Shown in pieces: positions 1 to 12,900 of a stretch of DNA of 38,094 bases. Below the pieces are notes generated by a model. The model was not told where the DNA came from. It searched no databases and saw nothing but the letters and a program-made list of their open reading frames with translations. Source of the stretch: Phoronis australis (lineage: Eukaryota > Animalia > Phoronida). Made by a program: the position numbers and the translations under genes. Numbering within the stretch: position 1 is the stretch's first letter; each line of letters starts with the position of its first letter. The DNA lies in the NCBI GenBank assembly GCA_002633005.1, contig NMRA01000240.1:573630-611723 (forward strand). The letters run 5' to 3'.

Positions 1-1779
1 ACTTTTTCAACTTTTAAGTGCAGGAAAGTGAAAACTACTTACATAATCGTGTTCGCAAGGCTCCCTTTTGTTCTTTCACGAAGTTTCACGTAAAAATTCG
101 CGAGTTTAGTCTTCTCCTGGGTTGAAAACCAAATAGCACTCATTTTTACCGGCATCCATTTTGGTCTGAAAAATCGGTCACGTCCCTGCAAAAAACTCGT
201 GCAAAGTATTATTAAACGAATTTTGCGACAAAAAAAGATTATCAGATAAGTAAAACAATATATTTTTTCACAGTTTGCAATAATTTTTATTCACATTTAT
301 TACATTTTTGAGTTATTTTTTGCCGATTGTAGTGAGCGAATTTAACACGGTGACAGATACGCGAAGCGATTCGCTGAAGAATGCTGTCCTCGCTATTCAT
401 TGTCCTGGGTGGGAGTGCTCCCAACATAAGAGGTGTATTGTACGTGATGCACAGAGTGACTTTTTCACAGCAGTTTCTCTTCAAAACTATGCTGTTTCCA
501 ATAAAATTCTCTAGATGAGTGAGTTTCCTTATTTTATCGTGGACCCCACCCCGAGGACCAGCAGCTCAGTTATCGAATTAACATGAATAAGCCTTAATTC
601 AGTAAATGTCGTAACATTGCATTGGAAATAATTGACACCTAGAAGGAATTTTACTTGTTGAGATCAGAAGCACATTTAAGTGTTATGAAAAATACACATT
701 GTTAAATCACTTTTAGCCTGTTTCACATATTTTAATTCAGATATTAAACAAGACTTGGGTACAAAGGTTATTAGTTTCTACACATAAACATGAAGATGAA
801 ATGTCAAGTACATTATGTTCTGCCTTACAAAAGTAGTTTTGTCTTGTCTTTTATTTTATAATTTGCTAATATTTCTATTCTGTTACAGGCAAGAAAAAAC
901 AACTGAAACCAATCGCCTGACCATCTATTTCACCGTTGGACAAAGTGAAAAGCAATCCTTCAGCAATATCCTGAGAGAATTGAACGTAATTCAGAAATTC
1001 AGCACCTCATATGCCTGATTATGGACTCCCTCGCAATGTTGTTTCTTTCTGTGCTTTTTCAGTTTGCCATTTGTTTTTAAATACACTGATAATTGTTTAT
1101 TCTCGAATCTTGTGCTTAGCAGATTCTTATCCAGCTAGCTACAATTGAAAACATACAATAAGACAATCGATGCAGTCACTGAATGTCATTTCCCCATAAT
1201 CTGTACCAAATTGATAAGTTTTTACCAATAGTATAAAGCCTTTCTTCTGAAAGGAAAATTTAATGTCACTCAGCTTTTGGCTTTCACTTCACTGGGTTCT
1301 AGTTTCAATGGCTTATAGCAGCGCTTGTAAAAAAGGTCCAGTTTCAGCATGTGACTTTCTTTCATGTAACCTCATTCAGCCTCAATAACNACCCTCGAGA
1401 AGTGCGTATTTGAAGCGAGAAGCCTCGCGAGCTGTGGCCAGTACAGTCATGACTGGAGCCAATGGAGGCACTTCATATACTGTCACCCATGCCTCCGAAC
1501 GTACCCCAGAGCTAGCGTGCAATTCCTGGAACCAGTAGTGATTCGCTCTGTGTTGTTTTCTCCAGCCCAGAGCCTCTAAGCAGCCCTGCAGCGATATTGA
1601 GTTGTGGGAGTTACTGCAGGCTCAGGTCGACACCCAGTGAAGAGGACAGTTCGTCGTCCAGTGAACAGATCGTTGGGTGCTCAGGTCACAATCCAGTGGG
1701 AGTGTGTCGCGGGACACTCTGGCAAGTGGGACAGTTGTTCCTCTATCCGTGGTATGCCGGAGGTCCACTTAACCATGTC

Positions 1780-2062
1780 CAGTAGTGGCTTGGCCTCATC
1801 GAACTCTGAACAGCACAAGCATTCCATTGACGTAGGCATAACAACGCACACAGTGCATTTGCACCAAGATGTGTCACTACGTCTGTCCTCAGTAGCCGCC
1901 TCGTTTCTCTCAACAGCTGCCTGTGCCAGTGCGTACTCTGCCTCGTTATACTCTGGCTCAAACATGTACCCACCCACTGAATGTCCGTGAAAAAATTCCT
2001 CATCACCACTGCTGTGAACAAGGTCTCCGTCACTCACACTACTGTCACTGTGATACGGGTCA
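1780..2062 (-). pseudogene. P2X7 cytoplasmic-ballast-like / Kolobok KolX-like gene fragment
   Basis: Acidic stretch, then YMFEPEY...SWCKCTVCVVMPTSMECLCCSE, matching the W-C-x-C-x2-C-x2-M-x5-C-x-C-C-x-E motif. The start lies in the N gap and the C-terminal half is not seen. Confidence 0.65.
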
Positions 2063-2429
2063 NNNNNNNNNNNNNNNNNNNNNNNNNNNNNNNNNNNNNN
2101 NNNNNNNNNNNNNNNNNNNNNNNNNNNNNNNNNNNNNNNNNNNNNNNNNNNNNNNNNNNNNNNNNNNNNNNNNNNNNNNNNNNNNNNNNNNNNNNNNNNN
2201 NNNNNNNNNNNNNNNNNNNNNNNNNNNNNNNNNNNNNNNNNNNNNNNNNNNNNNNNNNNNNNNNNNNNNNNNNNNNNNNNNNNNNNNNNNNNNNNNNNNN
2301 NNNNNNNNNNNNNNNNNNNNNNNNNNNNNNNNNNNNNNNNNNNNNNNNNNNNNNNNNNNNNNNNNNNNNNNNNNNNNNNNNNNNNNNNNNNNNNNNNNNN
2401 NNNNNNNNNNNNNNNNNNNNNNNNNNNNN
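2063..2429. other. Assembly gap (367 N); single-N joins also at 1390, 4394 and 19838
   Basis: N bases in the sequence. Confidence 0.99.
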
Positions 2430-3031
2430 TGATTGATGTAACTGTCACTGATAAACTTTTAGAAATCATTCCAAACAATAATAATGCTTTGATGTACGAA
2501 AAGATCCCGATTGCTACGTCAAGTATCGTATCACATATCACAACATACAAAGATTAACCAAACTCTGGCTGGCGACTGACTGCCGCGAAGTCGACATCGG
2601 CGAGTGCCTCAGTTAACAGGCATCGGTAGAATAATCATGGAATAATCGTAAAAATAATCACAAACCTTACCTTTGTATGGGGTCGTGCTTACTTCCTCTC
2701 ATAGAAGCACCCTTTTTATGCAATCTCAGATTCAGTTGGCACGGCTGCTAGCCATTTCACCATGTATTTAAAGGGCTCGCGAAATCGAGGCTGTTAATCT
2801 ATCACCACTAGTACACGCACACTCTCTAGTTATTGTAGATTTTCCGAATAGCCCCAATGTACTTGCGCAGTATTTTTTATGCGCTAATGCCACAAAGGTG
2901 CGGTCCAGGAATATCCTTGTATTGAATACCTCACGGATATATACCCCAACTAAAAGTTTATCTTGGAAAACAACAGTTCCGTTTTCCAATCAAACATTTT
3001 TGAAATTTCTAAAGTTGCAAAAGAATTAAAT

Positions 3032-3602
3032 AAATCTGTAGTTATCCTGTTTGATAGCCAGGCAGCCATTAAACCCCTAAAAACAATGTTGTGAAGTCGC
3101 ACACTCACAGCAATGTTATTTATTTTTAGTCAAACTTTGTTCATAACTTGAATTTCAAGGACCTGAACCAACATTGCCTGTCCCTCATGCTTCCTGCATT
3201 TTAGGAATAAGGATTTGGTCATTTATAAACATGTTAGACAACAGATGTGGCAGTAAAAGAAAAAAAGTTGTGAGCTGGACGGTATACTGACAGTCACGCT
3301 ATCAAGCTTTTGAGTCTGAACTGGTCTCAACTGCAGTTGGTAATGCAGGTGATAACAGGTCACTGTAACCTGCAGAAACATCAGAAAACAACAGGTTACG
3401 CAACAGATTCCTGCTGCCCGAAATGGTGGTTGGAAGATGAAACAACAGAACACCATGCCAGTCTGTGTTTTGCTTACCAAAAAGAATGCTTTGGAAGTAA
3501 AGCAGTTTCAGTGAAAACTCAAAGCTAAGAAAAACATTAAAACACTTGCAAAACTCCTCAACCACAGTGTCTGTTGCAATGGGCCTGTAAAAGGACTAAG
3601 TA
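3032..3602 (+). mobile_element. Decayed 3' part of an RNase H-bearing non-LTR retrotransposon (LOA/R1/I-group-like)
   Basis: SVVILFDSQAAIKPL (RNase H 'SDSQAALKAL' motif, ~3035-3080) and LLSLNWSQLQLVMQVITGHCNLQKH...CPKW...ETTEHH..LC (degenerate TGH-CCHC); interrupted by indels and stops. Confidence 0.7.
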
Positions 3603-4394
3603 ACATGTCGACCTTTCTGTTTTACAAACTATTTTGCAAACTTTCAACACCACCATCCCATTATGATCATTTGCTTGTACAACTAAAGCAAACTTTGACA
3701 GAAATTTTCAAGGGAATTGGTGTGCAGACCTACTGAGACCACTGCCGGCATTGTAAATTTGAGATCAGCCATCCCCAAGGTGGATTCTACAAGTTCTTTT
3801 TTTAACTTTATTCAAAGTAAATTTTTATTAGGCTAGCGGAAGGATGGTCATGCTATCATCTGATTTATCCTTTGCAGTTCTCACCCTAACCCATCTTGAC
3901 AGTAGGACAAAGCATGATCTAGGTCCTAGTAGTGTTTGGTCCACCAATGCTGCCCTGGGCTCCAGTAGACAGCATTTGTGGTGCTCACGGGTAACTTGCG
4001 AAATGATAATGCTAGAAGTTGGAGAAAACCAGAATGCCCAACAAGTTCATCTTTGCTGTCATTAAACTGTGCCCCTTTTTGAATTTTGCTTTTGTCCTTT
4101 TAATATTACATTTAAATATAAATTTAACCCTAATTACCAGCGCAAAAGGGCCAAAGGTCACGGCTTTTTAGTCAGGTGACCTATTAATTTGAATATTTAG
4201 GACAAAAAATGAAGAGGAGGTAATTGCAGTTTTGAAAATTAATTGGATGTAAATACACATCCAATTATTTCTTATATGTTACTGTTTCCACTGTACATAT
4301 GGTCTTGTAAACTAATAATTTTATCAATCAAAAAGTAAATTCAGTTGAGCAGTTCCGTTACATGATAAGCCTTCCATATACGTAGCGCATACAN

Positions 4395-7300
4395 CTAGTT
4401 AGGATCATGTAATGATACACACCACTTAACTATGATCTCTAGTTAGGATCATGTAATGATACACACCACTTAACTATGATCTCTAGTTAGGATCATGTAA
4501 TGATACACACCACTTAACTATGATCTCTAGTTAGGATCATGTAATGATACACACCACTTAACTATGATCTCTAGTTAGGATCATGTAATGATACACACCA
4601 CTTAACTATGATCTCTAGTTAGGATCATGTAATGATACACACCACTTAACTATGATCTCTAGTTAGGATCATGTAATGATACACACCACTTAACTATGAT
4701 CTCTAGTTAGGATCATGTAATGATACACACCACTTAACTATGATCTCTAGTTAGGATCATGTAATGATACACACCACTTAACTATGATCTCTAGTTAGGA
4801 TCATGTAATGATACACACCACTTAACTATGATCTCTAGTTAGGATCATGTAATGATACACACCACTTAACTATGATCTCTAGTTAGGATCATGTAATGAT
4901 ACACACCACTTAACTATGATCTCTAGTTAGGATCATGTAATGATACACACCACTTAACTATGATCTCTAGTTAGGATCATGTAATGATACACACCACTTA
5001 ACTATGATCTCTAGTTAGGATCATGTAATGATACACACCACTTAACTATGATCTCTAGTTAGGATCATGTAATGATACACACCACTTAACTATGATCTCT
5101 AGTTAGGATCATGTAATGATACACACCACTTAACTATGATCTCTAGTTAGGATCATGTAATGATACACACCACTTAACTATGATCTCTAGTTAGGATCAT
5201 GTAATGATACACACCACTTAACTATGATCTCTAGTTAGGATCATGTAATGATACACACCACTTAACTATGATCTCTAGTTAGGATCATGTAATGATACAC
5301 ACCACTTAACTATGATCTCTAGTTAGGATCATGTAATGATACACACCACTTAACTATGATCTCTAGTTAGGATCATGTAATGATACACACCACTTAACTA
5401 TGATCTCTAGTTAGGATCATGTAATGATACACACCACTTAACTATGATCTCTAGTTAGGATCATGTAATGATACACACCACTTAACTATGATCTCTAGTT
5501 AGGATCATGTAATGATACACACCACTTAACTATGATCTCTAGTTAGGATCATGTAATGATACACACCACTTAACTATGATCTCTAGTTAGGATCATGTAA
5601 TGATACACACCACTTAACTATGATCTCTAGTTAGGATCATGTAATGATACACACCACTTAACTATGATCTCTAGTTAGGATCATGTAATGATACACACCA
5701 CTTAACTATGATCTCTAGTTAGGATCATGTAATGATACACACCACTTAACTATGATCTCTAGTTAGGATCATGTAATGATACACACCACTTAACTATGAT
5801 CTCTAGTTAGGATCATGTAATGATACACACCACTTAACTATGATCTCTAGTTAGGATCATGTAATGATACACACCACTTAACTATGATCTCTAGTTAGGA
5901 TCATGTAATGATACACACCACTTAACTATGATCTCTAGTTAGGATCATGTAATGATACACACCACTTAACTATGATCTCTAGTTAGGATCATGTAATGAT
6001 ACACACCACTTAACTATGATCTCTAGTTAGGATCATGTAATGATACACACCACTTAACTATGATCTCTAGTTAGGATCATGTAATGATACACACCACTTA
6101 ACTATGATCTCTAGTTAGGATCATGTAATGATACACACCACTTAACTATGATCTCTAGTTAGGATCATGTAATGATACACACCACTTAACTATGATCTCT
6201 AGTTAGGATCATGTAATGATACACACCACTTAACTATGATCTCTAGTTAGGATCATGTAATGATACACACCACTTAACTATGATCTCTAGTTAGGATCAT
6301 GTAATGATACACACCACTTAACTATGATCTCTAGTTAGGATCATGTAATGATACACACCACTTAACTATGATCTCTAGTTAGGATCATGTAATGATACAC
6401 ACCACTTAACTATGATCTCTAGTTAGGATCATGTAATGATACACACCACTTAACTATGATCTCTAGTTAGGATCATGTAATGATACACACCACTTAACTA
6501 TGATCTCTAGTTAGGATCATGTAATGATACACACCACTTAACTATGATCTCTAGTTAGGATCATGTAATGATACACACCACTTAACTATGATCTCTAGTT
6601 AGGATCATGTAATGATACACACCACTTAACTATGATCTCTAGTTAGGATCATGTAATGATACACACCACTTAACTATGATCTCTAGTTAGGATCATGTAA
6701 TGATACACACCACTTAACTATGATCTCTAGTTAGGATCATGTAATGATACACACCACTTAACTATGATCTCTAGTTAGGATCATGTAATGATACACACCA
6801 CTTAACTATGATCTCTAGTTAGGATCATGTAATGATACACACCACTTAACTATGATCTCTAGTTAGGATCATGTAATGATACACACCACTTAACTATGAT
6901 CTCTAGTTAGGATCATGTAATGATACACACCACTTAACTATGATCTCTAGTTAGGATCATGTAATGATACACACCACTTAACTATGATCTCTAGTTAGGA
7001 TCATGTAATGATACACACCACTTAACTATGATCTCTAGTTAGGATCATGTAATGATACACACCACTTAACTATGATCTCTAGTTAGGATCATGTAATGAT
7101 ACACACCACTTAACTATGATCTCTAGTTAGGATCATGTAATGATACACACCACTTAACTATGATCTCTAGTTAGGATCATGTAATGATACACACCACTTA
7201 ACTATGATCTCTAGTTAGGATCATGTAATGATACACACCACTTAACTATGATCTCTAGTTAGGATCATGTAATGATACACACCACTTAACTATGATCTCT

Positions 7301-8261
7301 AGTTAGGATCATGTAATGATACACACCACTTAACTATGATCTCTAGTTAGGATCATGTAATGATACACACCACTTAACTATGATCTCTAGTTAGGATCAT
7401 GTAATGATACACACCACTTAACTATGATCTCTAGTTAGGATCATGTAATGATACACACCACTTAACTATGATCTCTAGTTAGGATCATGTAATGATACAC
7501 ACCACTTAACTATGATCTCTAGTTAGGATCATGTAATGATACACACCACTTAACTATGATCTCTAGTTAGGATCATGTAATGATACACACCACTTAACTA
7601 TGATCTCTAGTTAGGATCATGTAATGATACACACCACTTAACTATGATCTCTAGTTAGGATCATGTAATGATACACACCACTTAACTATGATCTCTAGTT
7701 AGGATCATGTAATGATACACACCACTTAACTATGATCTCTAGTTAGGATCATGTAATGATACACACCACTTAACTATGATCTCTAGTTAGGATCATGTAA
7801 TGATACACACCACTTAACTATGATCTCTAGTTAGGATCATGTAATGATACACACCACTTAACTATGATCTCTAGTTAGGATCATGTAATGATACACACCA
7901 CTTAACTATGATCTCTAGTTAGGATCATGTAATGATACACACCACTTAACTATGATCTCTAGTTAGGATCATGTAATGATACACACCACTTAACTATGAT
8001 CTCTAGTTAGGATCATGTAATGATACACACCACTTAACTATGATCTCTAGTTAGGATCATGTAATGATACACACCACTTAACTATGATCTCTAGTTAGGA
8101 TCATGTAATGATACACACCACTTAACTATGATCTCTAGTTAGGATCATGTAATGATACACACCACTTAACTATGATCTCTAGTTAGGATCATGTAATGAT
8201 ACACACCACTTAACTATGATCTCTAGTTACGATCATGTAATGATACACACCACTTAACTAT
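4395..8261. repeat. 44-bp tandem array, 87 identical copies plus a partial variant
   Basis: Unit CTAGTTAGGATCATGTAATGATACACACCACTTAACTATGATCT; starts right after the N at 4394; last unit starts at 8223 with TTAC for TTAG. Confidence 0.98.
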
Positions 8262-8882
8262 ATCATATAGCACTAGTCATGGTGCATTGTACTTTGTGTG
8301 AATAGTTGTCAGACATTTTGGCTCGTTTTCCTGTGATTTATGTTATATTAAGGAATGGTGACGTGTTGCTTTTGAGGTGGTTGTGACAACTTAGTATTTG
8401 ACCAAGCTGTGGCTATTTTCACTTTTTCATGGGACATTGGAGAAGCGTGGATATGACACATGTTTGTACAAGAAACTTGTATGTTTATAGACATGACACA
8501 TTGGTACTGGGTATGTTCATACGTTACACTCATGTACATAGAGCTAAGAAACTTTCAATTGAAGTCACTTTTCTTCTGTTTTCTAGTTTTTGGTATATTG
8601 AATTCATGATTGTAATATACTGTAGTACAAAGCAAGGCTTCATGGTGCTGACAGTGTAGTCAGTTGGCGAAACAAAGTTAATGATGGTTTTAAGCACTTT
8701 AAGCAAAATTAATGGACAGTGGCAAGAGACACAGTTAAGATACCAAATGCAAAGCAAATTTTCCGGAAGTCCACTTAACCTATGCAACAACAACAGATTC
8801 TTTTCCATGTGTTTCCGATGATATTTCACTCAAAATGTTAATTGCATGGAGCCACACAATCACAAATGGCGCTGTTGGAAAA

Positions 8883-9066
8883 ATTAACTGTTAGATACCG
8901 TGGGTGGTATATCTAGGATTTCAAGTCCTTGAATACGTTTATTATTAACTGTTTGATACCGTGGGTGGTATATCTAGGATTTCAAGTCCTTGAATACATT
9001 TATTATTAACTATTTGATACCGTGGGTGGTATATCTAGGATTTCAAGTCCTTGAATACGTTTATTA
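8883..9066. repeat. 61-bp minisatellite x3
   Basis: ATTAACTGTTTGATACCGTGGGTGGTATATCTAGGATTTCAAGTCCTTGAATACGTTTATT units at 8883, 8944, 9005. Confidence 0.95.
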
Positions 9067-9573
9067 ATAAGTTGTTCAATTGTGTTGAGCTTCAGTCAGA
9101 TGTCAAGACTTATTTCTGATGAACAGCTAGGTACAGCGTTGTCACTCGCTTGCTCCGCAATTCAGTTCAGAGACACATTACTTGATACCTATGCATGTTG
9201 AGGGAATGCACTGATACCAGTCGGTTTATGGACAGATTTGGTTACTCTAGTACCCTGTGTCTGTTGTTTTAGTTTTTGACTAGATATATTGTTATCTGTG
9301 AATTATTGTATTATTGAAACAGATTGAGTGACTCGGATGAAGCATGACACATTAGGTTTGTATGGCTGGGATGTGCCAGGACCAGTTGCTTATCAACACA
9401 GTTGAGATTAGATTACTGTAGTACCCCTATGGGCCATTTCAGTTTTTGTCAATTTTGCTTTACTGTAGTTGTCATATGGCTTGACAGATCGGTCAGTTTT
9501 TAGGTTTTATACCATATTAATCTTAATTATTTATATCACATGGAACTGTAAACATGCCTATTTGCATACTCTG

Positions 9574-9722
9574 CATTGCAGTCATGGGTGCATATGAACA
9601 TTGCAGTCATGGGTGCATGTGAACATTGCAGTGATGGGTGCATATGAACATTGCAGTCATGGTTGCATATAACTTTGCAGTCATGTGTGCATATGAACAT
9701 TGCAGTCATGGGTGCATATGAA
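9574..9722. repeat. 25-bp minisatellite x6
   Basis: CATTGCAGTCATGGGTGCATATGAA. Confidence 0.93.
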
Positions 9723-9791
9723 TGGTTTGGGTTGCTCTCCTTATAATAGGCATCGTTTTTAGTTTATGAAGAGCAACTCTTCTTATTTCAG

Positions 9792-9925
9792 CATCACAGT
9801 GCAATCACTATTTCAACCAGTCGACAGGCATCATCACGTCAGACAACTACCCCTCCAACTACAAAAACAGTACACGATGTGTGTACACCATTCAGGGTCC
9901 TCCTGGTTCTAAGGTCTCGCTCAAG
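9792..9925 (+). CDS. Exon: CUB1 N-half (phase 1 to 0)
   Basis: tttcag|CA...CTCAAG|gtaat; [44 protein letters not shown]. Not in the ORF track. Confidence 0.92.
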
Positions 9926-12900
9926 GTAATCTTATTCTTAGACTGTTTTTTCATCTCACTTGTCTTTTAGGCTAAACAATAAATTTGTGAATTACGATTT
10001 GATTGTGCTTATACCTCAAAGTCATTTGTATGACATTTCAGTTCATGGACTTTGTGACTGAGAAGGATTTGGATGTTGTCGAGATTCTGATTGGGGCCAA
10101 AACTGAGCACAACAGTGTTGTACTGAAGACACTATCTGGCAATGATGTCGTTATGGCCAATGATGACTTTCAACCAATCATGAGTTACAATAACTTCATG
10201 ATCATCAAGTTCTCCAGTGATAAGACGAATGAGTTCAAGGGATTTAAGGCAGAATTTAAAACAGGTCAGTTTTAGGAAGTTGTGCTGCTAAATAAAGCAA
10301 CATTTGAATGTCATTTGTTTCCTGTTTAATAGTAAAGTGATAACATTTCTTTTGTTAGTTGTGTATCTTGAAGTTGCCTTCATTTAAAAAGTTCTAGTCT
10401 TGTGAGAATGGACCTTTCGAGAAGATAGAGCATTATCCAATCAAAGTGTGTTGTATGCTGTGCGATGATAGGAACCAATTGAATGATGTAGTATCTGCTA
10501 TAATGTTAAAACAAACCTCATCAAAGCAATACACTACATTTGAGTAATACACTACATTTGAGTAATAGACTACATTTGAGTAATACACTACATTTGAGTA
10601 ATACACAATACTGAAGTGACGTAATGACAGTCTCTGCCATAACAAAATTTCAAGGTAATGTGTTTGAATGAATTTGATTTTTCAATTGAACACAGCTGGC
10701 TATATAAATGTTTGCCAAACTTGGTGATTACATCAGTGATACTTGTGCTGTATACTTCACGGGTGTTCAGTGATACAAGCGAGCCCATAGAGTTGAAAAG
10801 TGATTTGTTGATAAACTTGTCATCCAGAACTTACTTTAAACACTTGATGGAACTGTGCTCAACTGCCATCTTCAGTTGGTCTCCTACTGTCCTTAATGGT
10901 TTTGTCCCTAAACCAAGACCATCTCTAGTAGGCGGGACAACAGAGTTGATCAGGCTCTGTCTGACGGTTGTTGATGGTATTGCTGTTGGTATTTAATCCA
11001 AATCCAACAAGGTGCCTGTTCAGCTTCAGTGGCTGCGTCGCGTAGCAGAGCCTTCTTTCCCGACACGGAGACGCCAAGACACCTCGCCATGGTAATGACT
11101 GAACTGGCCGGAAAACCCCGGCAGCCGACCTCCACAGGAAAACTCCAACATCTCCAGCCGTTAACATGACAATCATTCCTAAGGTCTGCGTACTTCAAGT
11201 TCTTTCGCTCGTGTGCCTCTTCCACCCTACTCTCCCACGGGATAGTGAGCTCAATTAAGATGACCTGGTGGGAACTGTCCGAGTATATAACCAAGTCAGG
11301 GCGCTGGGTCGTCTGGACAATGTGTTGAGGGAAGAATGACTGATGACCGGAAAGGTCTGCCCACACTCTCCAGTCGTTGGCTGTGTGCAGGATACCTTTC
11401 TGCGCAGGGGTCTTCCTTTTACTCGCCTCATCACCACTTCTTATGAAATTGATGAATTCGACGCGGTGGCTTCTCGGCTTCGGTTTTTTCTTCACCTCGT
11501 CGACCAACACCCTTGCAAAAACTTTGAGTACCTGGTTGTGTCGGTAAGTGTACCTTCCTGATGCCAAGGACACGCTGCAAGATGATAGGATGTGCTCTAA
11601 CGTACATCTGCGTCCACACTGAATACAGCTCGTGTTGTCAGCAAGGCCCCAAGTAGCAAGGTTGCTGGGAGTCGGCAGTACGTCGTAAACAGATCTAATG
11701 AGGAATTTGGCTTTCAGAGGAGACATCTTCCACAAATCAGCCCACTTGACTTCCCTTTGTAAGACTTTGTCCCACTTGGTCCATGCTCCCTGTTGGCCCA
11801 TCTGGACTGCTCGGGCGTACCTTTCTTCGTTCTCTGATGATCTAACCTCCCTGATTATTCTGTCTCTGCCCGGGTCTTTAGATCTTTCCCTTGCTGGCTT
11901 ATCGGTCTTGTAGCCCAGCCCTTGCCTACCCTGGCAAGCTGTTCCTACTAACTGCCTGTGCCTCAGCCGACTCTCTGCTTCACTGATCGCTAAAGTGGTG
12001 GACCACTTCCTTCCGGTGCGTGACTGGATACTGCATCCCCTGATGGCCTGGTCAGATGTATTCCGCAGAGTGATGCTGGCTCGGACTTTGGTAACTTTGT
12101 ACTCTTCTACCACGGATGAGACTGGCAGGACAAGTTTTGACGACTTGCAGTATAGTCCGACGTTGCTGAATGACGCAGGTAATCCAAGCCACCTACGAAT
12201 GAATCGGCTTGCTACCCTTTCCATTTCTTCAGCTGAGGATGACGTGACGTCATAGACAAGCAGTGGCCACATAAGCTTCGGGAGCAAGATGAACTGATAG
12301 CACCAAAGCTTGAACCTTCCGGGTATGCCATCTTTGTCAATCTTCACAAGCCATACCTTGAGCTGGGCTTTCACGTCTTTAACTCGGGATGTGTCTCGTA
12401 GGCTGCTGTCATAGTACTTGCCCAGGCACTTGACTGGTTGTTCACTGATTGTTGGAATTCTGCAACCTGCTATAGAAAACGACTGTCTCTTGAGCAACAC
12501 TCCTTTCCTGATGATTAATGATCTGGACTTCTCTGCCTTGAATGACATACGTGCCCATTTAGTGAGCTCTTCTAGGCGACGGAGAATTGTCTTGGCTCCC
12601 ACTGGTGACTCTGTCACTATCGTAATGTCATCGACAAAAGCTCTGCAAGATGGCTGTCTGACTTCATCGAGCTTGGGACCTCTCCTCTCAGACTGGGCTC
12701 TCTTCAACAAGACGTTCATTGCCATAATAAAAAGGATGACTGAAACTGTGCAGCCCGTCATGATTCCTTTCTCTAAGTGTTGCCACTTGGTAGTGAAGTT
12801 GCCGACTGTGAAACGCATCACGCAGGAGCTGTAGTAAGACTTCACTATACTCTTGACTTTCTCGAGAATGTGGTAGATATCCATGGCACGATAAACTAAA

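Noticed and set aside
889-985. Strong acceptor at 888 with a possible donor at 986, and an upstream GTGAGT donor near 519
   Set aside because: No recognisable product, and the phase does not link to the gene; could be UTR but cannot be shown
1923-2550. Long ORFs 1681..2550, 1923..2432 and 1981..2436 as whole genes
   Set aside because: Their length comes from reading through the 367-N gap
2768-2790. TTAA-AGGGCTCGCG as a Kolobok terminus
   Set aside because: No matching inverted copy in the window, and it faces away from the KolX-like fragment
4395-8261. CRISPR array or telomeric tract (unit contains TTAGG)
   Set aside because: No unique spacers and no cas genes; one TTAGG per 44 bp is not a telomeric repeat
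8429-8510. Candidate first coding exon (ATG...CTGG|gtatgt, phase 1)
   Set aside because: Phase fits the CUB1 exon, but the peptide is not signal-peptide-like and nothing else supports it
11343-12834. Plus-strand ORFs overlapping the retrotransposon
   Set aside because: Antisense shadows of the RT frame with no recognisable motifs
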